Assembly (NCBI GenBank): GCA_015660915.1 | Contig: JACTTZ010000003.1 | Coordinates: forward strand, 4,479 to 68,478 | Direction: 5' to 3' | Length of the DNA: 64,000 nt | From: Methanomicrobia archaeon | GTDB lineage: Archaea; Halobacteriota; Bog-38; Methanoflorentales; Methanoflorentaceae | Part shown: positions 36,075 through 46,539 of the stretch, piece after piece | How the letters are laid out: every line of letters begins with the position of its first letter | Numbering within the stretch: the stretch's first letter is position 1 | The notes under the pieces: generated by a model | What the model was told of the DNA's origin: nothing | The model's database searches: none | What the model saw: only the letters and a program-made list of their open reading frames with translations | Program-made: the position numbers and the translations under genes

Positions 36075-36962
36075 ATGGATATACTTTTAGCCGAGTACGC
36101 AAGCGCAATGGTGCCCAGCCTCGCAGAAGAGGGGCGTGCGATGTTACACACGCTCGAAGCAGGCTTTCAAAAATGCGGGCACTCCGTGCACGTGCCATGG
36201 CTGCAGAAGGGCGACGCCAGCGCTTTTTATGCGCAGATAGAGCGACTTGCACGAACGTGTGACGCGGGACTCGTCATCGCTCCCGACTACCTCCTTCACG
36301 ATCTTACTGCGCTTATTGAACGACACACGACGAATCTCGGGTGTCCCGCAGAGGCAGTCCAGAAAGCGGCTGACAAACTCGCCGCGTCTGTGGTTCTTTC
36401 GCAAGGATCGCTGACCGTTCCTGAAATAAACCCCCCTACAGGCCCATATGTGTTAAAGCCACGCGAGGGCTGTGGCGCAGAGGGAATTCACATCGTCGAA
36501 ACGTTCGAAGCAAACGGCATCGACGAGAACACGTTCGTCTCGAGGTTCGTCACTGGAGATCACATCAGCGTCAGTCTTATCATCGGAAGAACTGTGCTCC
36601 CTCTATCGATCAACAAGCAGCATATTCGCATCGATGAGACTATCCATTATCTAGGTAACACGACACCGTATTCCGTTCCGAACGCGAGCGAAGTCATCGA
36701 TCAGGCCTCGAGAGCCGCGCAGTTGCTGGGGTGCGAAGGGTACGTCGGCGTTGACATCGTGTTGCAGTCCGACGGCGTCGTGAATATCGTCGATGTGAAT
36801 CCGCGTCCGACGACGGCGATAGTAAGCGTCGACAAGGTGATCGGCAACGTAGCGGATCTAATTCTCAAAGCGCGATTAGGAGAAGAATTGCCAACGGTTC
36901 TGAAACCGCACGGCATACACACTTTCTTAAGAACCAGCTGCGGCAGCAACCGCCTTCTTTAA
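36075..36962 (+). CDS. ATP-grasp family ligase (RimK/MptN-like)
   Basis: About 295 aa, ATP-grasp pattern. Paired with the downstream hydantoinase-like gene as in methanopterin-related loci. Confidence 0.5.
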   Translation: MDILLAEYASAMVPSLAEEGRAMLHTLEAGFQKCGHSVHVPWLQKGDASAFYAQIERLARTCDAGLVIAPDYLLHDLTALIERHTTNLGCPAEAVQKAADKLAASVVLSQGSLTVPEINPPTGPYVLKPREGCGAEGIHIVETFEANGIDENTFVSRFVTGDHISVSLIIGRTVLPLSINKQHIRIDETIHYLGNTTPYSVPNASEVIDQASRAAQLLGCEGYVGVDIVLQSDGVVNIVDVNPRPTTAIVSVDKVIGNVADLILKARLGEELPTVLKPHGIHTFLRTSCGSNRLL

Positions 36963-36968
36963 ACTGCT

Positions 36969-37946
36969 ATGACCCAAGGCGAAACAATCGGAATCGACAT
37001 CGGTGGAGCAAACACAAAAGTAGCCTCTACCAGCGGGACCGCGAGAAGCTTTTATATGCCCCTATGGAGGGAGAACGACCTCGCGGGCTTGTTGAAGAGC
37101 GTGAAAGACGAGTTTCGACCGGAGCGCGTGGGGATCGTGATTACAGGCGAATTAGCCGACGCTTTTACCAGCAAGAAAGAAGGGATTTGCTCAATAGCGT
37201 CTGCTGTCAACTCAGTCTTTACGAAGCCGTGCTATCTAAACATTCGCGGGCAGCTTACGCCTGCCATCGCAGAGAGAGACGCGCTTTTATACGCTGCGTC
37301 AAACTGGACGGCCTCGGCCGCCTTTCTTGCAAAAAGTTCCCAAGATTGCATATTCGCAGACGTAGGGAGCACAACAAGCGACGTCATTCCTATAAAGAAT
37401 GGCAAGCCGGTCACCCTGATGACCGACTTTGAACGGTTGCGGGAGCACGAACTCATCTACATGGGTGTGCTGAGAACCAACATCGCGGCCCTTTTGCGCT
37501 TTGTCAACCTTAATGGCAAGAAGTACAGGCTCTGCTCAGAACTGTTCACCATCACCGCAGACGCGCACCGCATTCTAGGAAACATCGATGAGTCGGATTA
37601 CACTTGTGACACGCCAGATTCTCAATCACGCAATCTTGAAGCATGTTATCGAAGAATCTCGCGACTCGTGCTTTGTGACGTAGACGAGCTTGGCAGGCAA
37701 AATGCACACGAAGTTGCCAAGCAGGTGGAGCGAACCCAGATCAATGACCTTGCCGACGCACTCGCGTTTCAGGCACGAAAATTCGAGTTAAACACGGTCA
37801 TCGGCGCAGGTCTCGGCGAGTTTCTCGTAGCCAAGGCTGCCTTGAAGGCACAACTTGAATGTCGATTGCTCTCGCGGCAATACGGCCGCGAGCTTTCGAA
37901 CATGTTCCCGGCATTTGCGGTTGCACAGTTGGTCCAACACGCGTAG
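36969..37946 (+). CDS. hydantoinase/oxoprolinase-like ASKHA-fold protein (H4MPT-pathway-associated family)
   Basis: N-terminal GIDIGGANTK phosphate-1 motif of the ASKHA superfamily. Confidence 0.45.
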   Translation: MTQGETIGIDIGGANTKVASTSGTARSFYMPLWRENDLAGLLKSVKDEFRPERVGIVITGELADAFTSKKEGICSIASAVNSVFTKPCYLNIRGQLTPAIAERDALLYAASNWTASAAFLAKSSQDCIFADVGSTTSDVIPIKNGKPVTLMTDFERLREHELIYMGVLRTNIAALLRFVNLNGKKYRLCSELFTITADAHRILGNIDESDYTCDTPDSQSRNLEACYRRISRLVLCDVDELGRQNAHEVAKQVERTQINDLADALAFQARKFELNTVIGAGLGEFLVAKAALKAQLECRLLSRQYGRELSNMFPAFAVAQLVQHA

Positions 37947-38159
37947 CTTACTGCAAACGAATCAGTCTCGAACCGCCACTAACCTCAAAACTGCCTGCAT
38001 CCTCTTGACTCGTGCTTCCCTTAAAGAGTTCTTTTTTTAACTTCAGCATCGAAACGCCGTTTGTCGAAGCGTTGTCGTGTATGCATATGTGTGACAAACA
38101 AATGTACTCACGCGGCCTTATACCGTTTTTTGCCTTTCTTGGACCTAGAGGCAACGATC

Positions 38160-38333
38160 ATGGTGACAACGGATACAGGGTGCTACTACGGCGTTCACTT
38201 TGGATGCCTCTGCGCCGCGCGCGATCCCAACTGTCGACGCTGCGCAGAACGCCTCACAAACGCAGTGAATTACTCACTGCAACCGGGTGGAAGCACAGTC
38301 GACGCACCACGCACGGAAAATGCGTCGTGTTGA
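38160..38333 (+). CDS. small 4-Cys protein, paralog of 48576-48920
   Basis: C-x7-C-x8-C-x2-C with the shared motif PNCRrCAeRLTnAVN. Confidence 0.4.
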   Translation: MVTTDTGCYYGVHFGCLCAARDPNCRRCAERLTNAVNYSLQPGGSTVDAPRTENASC

Positions 38334-38382
38334 CGCTGCCACAGAATGTACGGCAAAATAGGAAGCAAGGCAAAACGAGGAG

Positions 38383-39663
38383 ATGACGATGTCAGGCGTG
38401 TTGTCCGTTTCGAACGCTTATGATGGAGCATCGCCCCTGAACAGCTTGGAAACTGTCATACAAAAGCTCAGCGAATTCGGGCTCAGCGAAAAGGAAGCAC
38501 AGCTTTACGTGTACTTGCTGAAGTATGGTCCAAAGCGCGCAGGGGATCTTGCGCGGTCTCTGAAAACGTATCGTCTAGGGGTCTATCGAAAACTAGCAGG
38601 CCTCATCGATAAGGCGCTTGTGACCACAAAGAGAGCGAGCCCCGCCGTGTATACAGCGGTGGACCTTGCCGAAGCGCTTGACGCCGTAATAGCCTCCCGC
38701 CAGCGCGAGCTTCGCTTAGTAGAGGACATTAAGAGCGATCTAGTCGCCCTTGTGAACGGCAGGCACCCGCTGGCAGCCGACGACTCTCTTCCAACAACGC
38801 TTGCGAATGGCGACGAGCAAGTGCTCGTACAACTGTTGAGCGTATTCGGACTTAGCGATAAGGAGGCGCAGCTCTACGTGCACCTTCTTAAGTACGGTCC
38901 GAAGCGCGCGGGGGATCTTGCGCGGTCGCTCAAGACGTACCGTGAAGACGTGTACCGGAGGTGTGCGCGATTGATTGACGAAGGTATGATAGTGAAAGGC
39001 GTAAAGGATAAGGCACGCTACGCACCAGTCGAGCTAGATCAAGCTCTTGACGGCGCGCTCAGGGCCCACCAGAACGAGCTTCGCCGCTTAGAAAGGGCCA
39101 AGCAGGAGCTAATCGAAGAGACGAACGTCATCCTCAACAGAGGATCGAGCAGCGCTCCCGAGTTCAAGAATCTTGACACTGTCGGGGAAGTAGTCACTGC
39201 AATCTCGCAGCTCATTAACTCGGCAGAGACTTCCATTATCTTCGCTGCACATCAACGATTCAGCCCCCTATCAATGGGGGGCTTCTTGGATCACCTAAAA
39301 TGTGCCATTGGGCGCGACGTGCGTGTCCGTGGTGTGCTTGATATCTCGCCTAGGAATTCTTCTGCGGGGCGCGCGTATATAAGCTGTGGCGTTGAACTGC
39401 GGAATATAAACCCGTACAAAGGCATCACGATGGTTATGGCCGACCGCAAGCAGAGCGTCAGCCTCATCCACGCCGATATGAAGAGCGCTTTTTCGTTGGA
39501 TGAAAAAGTCGCGGCAATATGGAGCAACAGCGTTGCGCAATCAGAATTCCTTACTAGCGCGTTTGAGACGGCCTGGGAACAAGCCGTTGGCGCGGAAGAA
39601 TACTTGAATAAGCTACTGCGGCAAGAACGTCCATCACTAGAGTCCGCCCCAACCACCTACTAG
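38383..39663 (+). CDS. TrmB-family transcriptional regulator with tandemly duplicated N-terminal wHTH
   Basis: Two copies of FGLSeKEAQLYV.LLKYGPKRAGDLARSLKTYR (TrmB N-domain), then a TrmB_C-like domain. The DNA shows an internal repeat of about 130 bp at roughly 38440-38580 and 38810-38950. Confidence 0.6.
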   Translation: MTMSGVLSVSNAYDGASPLNSLETVIQKLSEFGLSEKEAQLYVYLLKYGPKRAGDLARSLKTYRLGVYRKLAGLIDKALVTTKRASPAVYTAVDLAEALDAVIASRQRELRLVEDIKSDLVALVNGRHPLAADDSLPTTLANGDEQVLVQLLSVFGLSDKEAQLYVHLLKYGPKRAGDLARSLKTYREDVYRRCARLIDEGMIVKGVKDKARYAPVELDQALDGALRAHQNELRRLERAKQELIEETNVILNRGSSSAPEFKNLDTVGEVVTAISQLINSAETSIIFAAHQRFSPLSMGGFLDHLKCAIGRDVRVRGVLDISPRNSSAGRAYISCGVELRNINPYKGITMVMADRKQSVSLIHADMKSAFSLDEKVAAIWSNSVAQSEFLTSAFETAWEQAVGAEEYLNKLLRQERPSLESAPTTY

Positions 39664-39995
39664 GACGCTTCAACTTAGGCACTGATATGTGACTGAACGA
39701 GAACACTATTTGCTTACTACAGCGAATTCTGCACACCACTATGTGTTTCTCAGCAGTTTGCTTTTGCTTGCTGAGACGTTCGAAATGTTGTGAAAACAGT
39801 CAGTTCCAGCGGCAGAGCGGATTCAAGAGCTATTAGAACGAGGGCCGCCGCAGACGTGAAGCACGAGCGAGGGCACTTGGCAACGAGAACGCATAATGTT
39901 GCGTGCCGCTCACTTAGACTCAGCTCCTAGCATAGCCCACATGAAGGAAATGATGTCACGCAACTTTATAAACCCCTAATCATTTCTCTTTCTTA

Positions 39996-40454
39996 ATGGT
40001 TAAAGAAACAATTATTGAAACTGTGAAAGATGCCATAGCAGTGACTTCGACTATAGTAGAATCTGCAGAGAGAGAGCTCGCCTGGCTTCTTCCAGCGCCT
40101 ATGTTGGTGATGGGCGCGCAATACAACATTCAATCGAAAGGCCTGATACAAAAAGGTGGACGAGTGCGCGGAATAACCACGATCTCATCACCATATGTCG
40201 AAACCGTACGCGAACTCCTCGACACGGGCGTAGACGTGCGTCATCTTGAAAACTACACGGGCTCGTTTATGCTCGTCGCAGACAAAAGCCAAAGCATTAG
40301 TTCGATTCACCTCAACGTCGAAGATCTCTCACTTGATGACAAGATCGTTGCATTCTGGACTGATGATGCTGACTACGCCGAGTACCTGCTTGCAAACTTC
40401 GAAACGGTCTGGGCAGAAAGTACTGATGCGCAAAAGCGGATCCACGAATTTTAG
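39996..40454 (+). CDS. TrmB C-terminal domain protein (stand-alone)
   Basis: Matches the C-domains of 40840 and 43329 (ELLDtGvdVRHl..Y.G.fm.V.Dk.qs.SsI...WTDd.dYA.YLl..FE). Confidence 0.45.
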   Translation: MVKETIIETVKDAIAVTSTIVESAERELAWLLPAPMLVMGAQYNIQSKGLIQKGGRVRGITTISSPYVETVRELLDTGVDVRHLENYTGSFMLVADKSQSISSIHLNVEDLSLDDKIVAFWTDDADYAEYLLANFETVWAESTDAQKRIHEF

Positions 40455-40839
40455 AGAAAGATCCCGACAAATAGAGCGCACGGAGCGCAAGCAGCTCCAC
40501 GCTGATCAAGCTATTTCATATGCTAGTTCTAAGACTTGCTGCGACCCGTGTTAGACCATGTTTTACAAAAACACTCGGCATTCGGATAATTTCGCCAACA
40601 GGTGGAGTTTAACTAATAAGGAGCTATCCTAACCCGCCCCGCGAGTTTGCGGGACTCAGATGATGATTTGACAATTATTCTCATTATTATTTTGATAATT
40701 CCATTAGCCTAGCATAATCACACAACGAAAGAAGAGCTCAAGCGGCCCTTAGAACGATCAGACGTCTGTATGACAAAATAAAACAGTATGGGCTAAAACT
40801 AAGACGGCAACTTTTATCTACGCCCTATCATATCTTTTT

Positions 40840-41679
40840 GTGATGGACGATGACGCGGAATTTATTACTCGTCTGATCGGCTTCGGGCTTAGTGAAAAGG
40901 AGGCACAGACCTATCTTCACTTGCTCAAGTACGGTCCCAAGACGCCCTCGCCGCTCGCGAAGTCACTCAAGACATACCGTGAAGACGTGCACCGGACGCT
41001 CACCAGTCTCATCGAAAAGGGTATGGTGCGCCCCTCACTCGACGCTCCAACGATCTACGCCGCAGTGAACGTCGACACCGCTCTCGCGGCTGCGCTCAAA
41101 AAGCACGAGAGCGAGCTGCACGAGATGGAAGCGCGAAAACGAGAGCTCGAGGAGCTCTCAGAGCGACAGCGTTTTCCGAGCTCAGACGAGCATGCCACTT
41201 TCAAGATTATCAAGAGCGTCAAGGAAGTCGTCGCTGCTGCCTCAACTCTCATATCCTCTGCAAAAAACGGATTCTTGTACATCGTTCCCTCTGAAATGCT
41301 CGTTATCACCTCTTTGCTAGGGGTAAACGCAGAAGCCGAAAAGCTCATAGAGCGAGGGGGGTATATTAGGGGAATTAGTGAAGTTAAGTATGCGGATATA
41401 GCGCCCGCTCAAGAGGTCCTGGACATTGGCGAAGAATTGCGGCACTATGACAGTTATGGGGGGATATATTTCGCGGTAGTAGATAGCAAGCAAAGCGTTA
41501 GCGCGATCAACGTCGATATCAACCGGATCTCACTGAATGAACCCGTTTCACTGCTCTGGACCGATGATCCGACTTACGCTAAATATCTCACAGCTACCTT
41601 TGACACGTTGTGGGAACAATCCATCCCCGCGAGCGAGCAAATCGAGAAACTTCTGCTACGAGGACCTCCGAAAGCCTAA
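40840..41679 (+). CDS. TrmB-family transcriptional regulator
   Basis: N-terminal wHTH (RLIGFGLSEKEAQTYLHLLKYGPKTPSPLAKSLKTYRED) plus TrmB C-domain. Confidence 0.6.
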   Translation: MMDDDAEFITRLIGFGLSEKEAQTYLHLLKYGPKTPSPLAKSLKTYREDVHRTLTSLIEKGMVRPSLDAPTIYAAVNVDTALAAALKKHESELHEMEARKRELEELSERQRFPSSDEHATFKIIKSVKEVVAAASTLISSAKNGFLYIVPSEMLVITSLLGVNAEAEKLIERGGYIRGISEVKYADIAPAQEVLDIGEELRHYDSYGGIYFAVVDSKQSVSAINVDINRISLNEPVSLLWTDDPTYAKYLTATFDTLWEQSIPASEQIEKLLLRGPPKA

Positions 41680-41800
41680 GCGAGCCTTGCGCCACATCCT
41701 TGCTGCCTCCGTTAGTCAGCATCGTCAGAAATGAGGTTGAGCGACGCAACGGCGTCACAGGTTAATAAGCTCCGAGAGCCTCATCAGCACAGGTGTAAAC

Positions 41801-43018
41801 ATGAGGGACGAGTATGACGTCATTGTGGTCGGGGCGGGTCCAGGAGGGTCTACTGCAGCACGCACCGCTGCCGAGACGTGCGATGTGCTGCTGATTGAAA
41901 AGCGTCAGGAGATCGGTGCGCCGGTGCGCTGCGCAGAGGCAGTTCTTAAGAGCGCGTTAGTAGGATTAGTGTACCCAGATAAGAAGTGGATTTCGAGCTA
42001 CATCCGTAGGTACCGAATCTTCGCTCCTGATGGCACGATGCTTGACATATCGGCGGAAGCGATGGGCATTGAGGGCGAGCTCGCGTACATCCTTGAACGC
42101 AAGATTTTCGATCGCGAGCTCGCGAAAGACGCGGCGCGGGCCGGTGCTGACGTCATGGTGCGCACCCGCGCTACGGGGCTCATCATAGAAGACGGGGTAG
42201 TGAACGGCGTGAAAATCAAAAGGCTTGGAGAGAGTCTCGAGGTACGCTCAAAGGTCGTGATAGGTGCAGATGGCGTGGAGTCACAGGTCGGCCGATGGGC
42301 TGGGATCAATACTGCGTTTAAGCTCAAAGACGTTGGGATCGGCGTTCAGTACCTAATGACTAATGTCGATGTGGCAGAAGACTCTTGCGACGTCTACGTC
42401 GGCTCGCGAGCAGCGGGAGGCTATGCTTGGGTTTTTCCTAAGGGCGAAAAACTAGCAAACGTAGGGCTTGGTATGCCAGCGAGCATGCTAAACGGGAGCA
42501 AGCCGATAGATTATTTGAACAAGTTTGTCTCGAAACAGTTTCCGGAGGGACAGCAGCTTGGCCTTATCATGGGAAGTGGTCCCTCCAGCGATGAGCTCAA
42601 AACTGTAATATGCAACGGACTGATGCTGGTAGGTGACGCCGCACACCATTGCGATCCTCTGAGCGGTGGCGGTATTACTAACGCAATGGAAGGCGGAAAA
42701 ATAGCAGGCAACGTTGCGAGCAAAGCAGTGCAGCAACGAGACTCTTCAGTTCGCGTTCTTAAGGAATATGAAGATACGCGGCGTGGATCGCTTTTCGGTA
42801 AGCTACAAAAACACAACTACAGAATCAAAGAGTTTGTAGTAACCTTGTCTGATAATGAGCTAAGCAAGCTTATACGGTCATTGAAGGGCATAAGACCGCA
42901 AGAGATCAATTTTGCAAGCGTCGTGCGCTTAGTTGCAGCGAATCCGAAGGTCCTGCTTGTTATGCACGATCTGGCGCGTTTGAAAGAGCTTGCAGACGCG
43001 CTAACGGAGAAACGTTAA
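41801..43018 (+). CDS. geranylgeranyl reductase family FAD-dependent oxidoreductase
   Basis: YDVIVVGAGPGGS FAD-binding motif; GGYAWVFPKG; GDAAHH..P..GGGI. Confidence 0.8.
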   Translation: MRDEYDVIVVGAGPGGSTAARTAAETCDVLLIEKRQEIGAPVRCAEAVLKSALVGLVYPDKKWISSYIRRYRIFAPDGTMLDISAEAMGIEGELAYILERKIFDRELAKDAARAGADVMVRTRATGLIIEDGVVNGVKIKRLGESLEVRSKVVIGADGVESQVGRWAGINTAFKLKDVGIGVQYLMTNVDVAEDSCDVYVGSRAAGGYAWVFPKGEKLANVGLGMPASMLNGSKPIDYLNKFVSKQFPEGQQLGLIMGSGPSSDELKTVICNGLMLVGDAAHHCDPLSGGGITNAMEGGKIAGNVASKAVQQRDSSVRVLKEYEDTRRGSLFGKLQKHNYRIKEFVVTLSDNELSKLIRSLKGIRPQEINFASVVRLVAANPKVLLVMHDLARLKELADALTEKR

Positions 43019-43328
43019 ACGCTCTACGACAACGGCCTGTGTACGACTGCCGAAAGCACTTTGCGCCTTATTTTGAAATGTAGGCAATGCTGAGGCCCCT
43101 GATAATAAAATTCTCGAGCGTTCTCGAGCAACCCCCTATGACCGAGTGTCTGGTTGATCTGGCATTTATTCTCGTCCCGTTGCTGATAAGGCCCCTTGGC
43201 CAAGCATACCCTAAAGAACGAAAGCAGAGCGTAAGACGTGTTTTCCCGGAACGATTAGATATCTAATTGATCTAACAAATCAACAGTATACAATCAAACA
43301 AAGCAACTTTTATCTACGGCCTATTATC

Positions 43329-44174
43329 ATGCTTTGTTGCATGGATGACGAAGCAGAGTTTGTAACTCGTCTGATCGGCTTCGGGCTTAGCGAAAAGGAA
43401 GCACAGACCTACCTTTATTTGCTCAAGTACGGCCCCAAGACCCCTTCTCCCCTCGCAAAATCCTTGAAGACATACCGTGAGGACGTGCACCGCACACTTA
43501 CTAGTCTCATCGAGAAGGGCATGGTACGTCCGTCGCTCGACGCGCCAACGATCTATGCGGCGGTGGACCTCGACACTGCCATTGACTCTGCAGTAAAAAA
43601 GCACGAAAGTGAACTGCGTGAGATGGAAGTGCGAAAGCAGGAGCTTCACGAGCTTTCAGAGCGGCAGCGGTTCAGACCTTCTGACGAAGTCTCGACGTTC
43701 AAAATCGTTAAAAGCATGAAGGAACTCATTAGTATCTCTGTCCCCGTCGCAGCTGCATGCCAAAATGAATTCGTTATAGTAACTCCTGAAGAAATGATCG
43801 GTATCGCTTCGCTGTTCGTATTAGACGAAGTCGAGAAGATGATAGGGCGCGGAGTGAGCTTCAGAATGCTGACCGATATATCGTACTCCGGAATTGAGTT
43901 AATTAAAGAAGCGTTGCAAGTTGGGGAGGAGGTACGCCACTTACACGAATATCACGGGGTGTATTTGGCTGTACTGGACAGAAAAACTTGTTGGCACGGT
44001 ATTAACATGGATATCAAGCATATCTCGCTCAATCAACCCGTTGCAGTACTCTTTACCGATGATCCTAACTACGCTCAATACCTGTTAGCCACTTTTGAAA
44101 TGCTGTGGAAACAGTCAATTCCCGCCGAACAGCGAATTGAAGAACTACAAAAACAAGGCCCACCACCGGTTTGA
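43329..44174 (+). CDS. TrmB-family transcriptional regulator (paralog of 40840)
   Basis: The N-terminal 100 aa are about 90% identical to 40840-41679. The upstream 40 bp are also duplicated. Confidence 0.6.
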   Translation: MLCCMDDEAEFVTRLIGFGLSEKEAQTYLYLLKYGPKTPSPLAKSLKTYREDVHRTLTSLIEKGMVRPSLDAPTIYAAVDLDTAIDSAVKKHESELREMEVRKQELHELSERQRFRPSDEVSTFKIVKSMKELISISVPVAAACQNEFVIVTPEEMIGIASLFVLDEVEKMIGRGVSFRMLTDISYSGIELIKEALQVGEEVRHLHEYHGVYLAVLDRKTCWHGINMDIKHISLNQPVAVLFTDDPNYAQYLLATFEMLWKQSIPAEQRIEELQKQGPPPV

Positions 44175-44206
44175 CTGGCTTGCTGCGCAGCATCTACAAA
44201 GTAAAG

Positions 44207-45184
44207 TCACCTGTCGTTTTTCAGCACGTGCAAGTAGTAGCACGCAATCTGCCTTCGCACGCTTGTGGGCATCAGCAATAACTGCGGAAGATGTCTGACG
44301 ACGTCAAACGGAAGGACCTTGTTGATAGCTCTCGCAAAAGTAGCATGATTGAAGTAGTGGCGCGCATTGGATTCCTGCGCCTCCAAGGACGGAAGAACAT
44401 ACGTCGATAGATCCTGAGCTATAACGATTGAGAACTCCTTTCGCATAGCATCCTCAACGTTGTCAATGCGTTCAAACGTTTCAAGCACAGAGCCTCTGTA
44501 AATGAGCTTCCACATGGTTTTTTCCGACTCACTCAGCGGGATTGCGCGATTTCTCGTGTACGGGTCAAAAATAATGAAAAAGCCACCCTTTGTTAATTTC
44601 TTCTTCACCTCACGCAGGACTTCTAATTTCTGAGTCGAGTAACACAAGGCCTCAATGACAAAGACGATATCGTACGAATTACCCTTGAACTGGCTTAAAT
44701 TATGGTAGTCCCCAAAACAAAAGTGCAAATTTGGTATCGTTGTGAAACTTCTCAAAGGTTTGTTGGAAATATCAATCGCGTCAAAGGCCACGTGAGGGTT
44801 CCGCCTCGCAAGGTATGCGGAGTTGGTACCTAGCCCGTAGCCAAGTTCGAGCACCTTTTTAGCGTTGTTGTCCTGAATATACGTGTCAACTATTCTTGCT
44901 TGTTCCCTGAAATCCCCTTTTTTGCGTTTCCCGTCGTAGCTAATTCCGCAATGGATAAATCCCTCAAAATTCCATGCCAGTCTATAAGAACGTTTGTTCA
45001 TCAGATAATAGTTGATAATTTGTGACTTGTCGCGCGGTGCGTCAATAATACGTGGTATGTCGAATATCTTACGAATCTGCGCAAGATATAACTCAAGATT
45101 ATCATCTTGTTCGACAATATGCTCGCGCGCTGTGGAATCAGTTGTGAATTCAGTGGTTTTGCACTCGGTGGTTTCTTCACCCAT
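44207..45184 (-). CDS. class I SAM-dependent methyltransferase
   Basis: VLELGYGLGTNSAYLA motif I (GxGxG) and the overall class I MTase pattern. Confidence 0.65.
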   Translation of the reverse strand: MGEETTECKTTEFTTDSTAREHIVEQDDNLELYLAQIRKIFDIPRIIDAPRDKSQIINYYLMNKRSYRLAWNFEGFIHCGISYDGKRKKGDFREQARIVDTYIQDNNAKKVLELGYGLGTNSAYLARRNPHVAFDAIDISNKPLRSFTTIPNLHFCFGDYHNLSQFKGNSYDIVFVIEALCYSTQKLEVLREVKKKLTKGGFFIIFDPYTRNRAIPLSESEKTMWKLIYRGSVLETFERIDNVEDAMRKEFSIVIAQDLSTYVLPSLEAQESNARHYFNHATFARAINKVLPFDVVRHLPQLLLMPTSVRRQIACYYLHVLKNDR

Positions 45185-45185
45185 T

Positions 45186-46067
45186 TCACTGGAACCCCCA
45201 GACAGCTACCGTAAGCGCGTAAACAGCGCTGGCGGCCCCCACAAGATAAGGGAAATACAAAGTAAACATAACCAACTGCTTTCTTACGTTTAAAAGGTCT
45301 GGCGCCCTAAGCAGAGATAAGGCAGTAAAGATTCCGATGGCTCCCCAGATTGCTATGGGAATTAAGTACGCGTCGCCCACAACCCTGACAACAAATGGAA
45401 AGGGCGATGTTAAAACGGAAAGAAGCAGAAAAAGGGCGCCAACAATCGCCGCTATACGTATACCGCGCTTGATGGCCAAGGTGGGGTATCCCACTTTCAA
45501 ATCACCGTCCACAGTTAGGACGTCCTTTAGGACGTTCAGGCCGATGGCGGCTGCAGCAATCATCCCAACAAACGAGAGAGCGGCAATATCGATGGTTTTA
45601 AACACGACTGCCCCTGCAAAGAGCGCTATAGTTGCCCCCAAGTATCCCATCACAAGGTTGCTTAAAAACCCAGAAATCCGCTTGAACACGCGCGGATACA
45701 ACAAAAAAAGGACAACGTTAAGCGCGACAATTCCAAAGGCCAGAACGTTGATCGCATACGACGCGAGCAGCCCAGCAAAAAAGGTCAATGCGGAAAACTG
45801 CGCTGCTCTTATGGGAGAGATCCGGTTTGACGGAATAACTCTTTCGGGATGGGTAAGCCAATCCGACTCGCAGTCAAAGTAATCATTGATGGCTGCACCC
45901 CCAGCAACTACGAGCGACACGGTAAGAATGGCTAAAACCATCGAAACTAGATCGCCGAAACCTTTTTGGAACGTTAATATCAAGAGCACGCAGAGAAGGT
46001 CCAGCATAAGAATATAAGGAACCCTGATTAGACTGACATAAGCCTTCAATTTAGCAGCGAATTGCAT
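45186..46067 (-). CDS. UbiA-family aromatic/isoprenoid prenyltransferase (DGGGP-synthase-like)
   Basis: Polytopic membrane protein with a NDYFDCESD Asp-rich motif. Confidence 0.7.
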   Translation of the reverse strand: MQFAAKLKAYVSLIRVPYILMLDLLCVLLILTFQKGFGDLVSMVLAILTVSLVVAGGAAINDYFDCESDWLTHPERVIPSNRISPIRAAQFSALTFFAGLLASYAINVLAFGIVALNVVLFLLYPRVFKRISGFLSNLVMGYLGATIALFAGAVVFKTIDIAALSFVGMIAAAAIGLNVLKDVLTVDGDLKVGYPTLAIKRGIRIAAIVGALFLLLSVLTSPFPFVVRVVGDAYLIPIAIWGAIGIFTALSLLRAPDLLNVRKQLVMFTLYFPYLVGAASAVYALTVAVWGFQ

Positions 46068-46539
46068 TATTTTCCGAAAAACTTCTTTGATACGCTGTAT
46101 AAGTAAATTCTCATATGGACTCGCTGCTTAAGTCGCTGCCAACGTCATCAGAAACTAGGTTAACTAGCCCGCGCGCGCAAATCCGTTCTGCCGGTGAGCA
46201 CAAAGGAACACCCCAAAAAAGCCAAAATGCCCCGTGATTAGCGATGCACGCGCAAGTGAGGCGTTCAAACACCGAGAAATTTCAGATTGCACGAACGAGA
46301 CCGTTGAAAAGACCTGTTTAGAGCAAGAGTGGTTCAACCTTCGCAAAACTGCCATGATCCAACGAAGCATTTAAATGCGAAAGCTTATCGTTGGCCTGTT
46401 TCTCCTTATGTGCGCCACAACGCGATAGATGCTCAGAGCGTTCTTAAAACGGTGCCCACATTTCTATCAACTGCTCCGAACGACTAACGGATGTGCGTTT
46501 TTTATCGCCGATCCGCACGAATGTGCAGCCAGAGACAGG

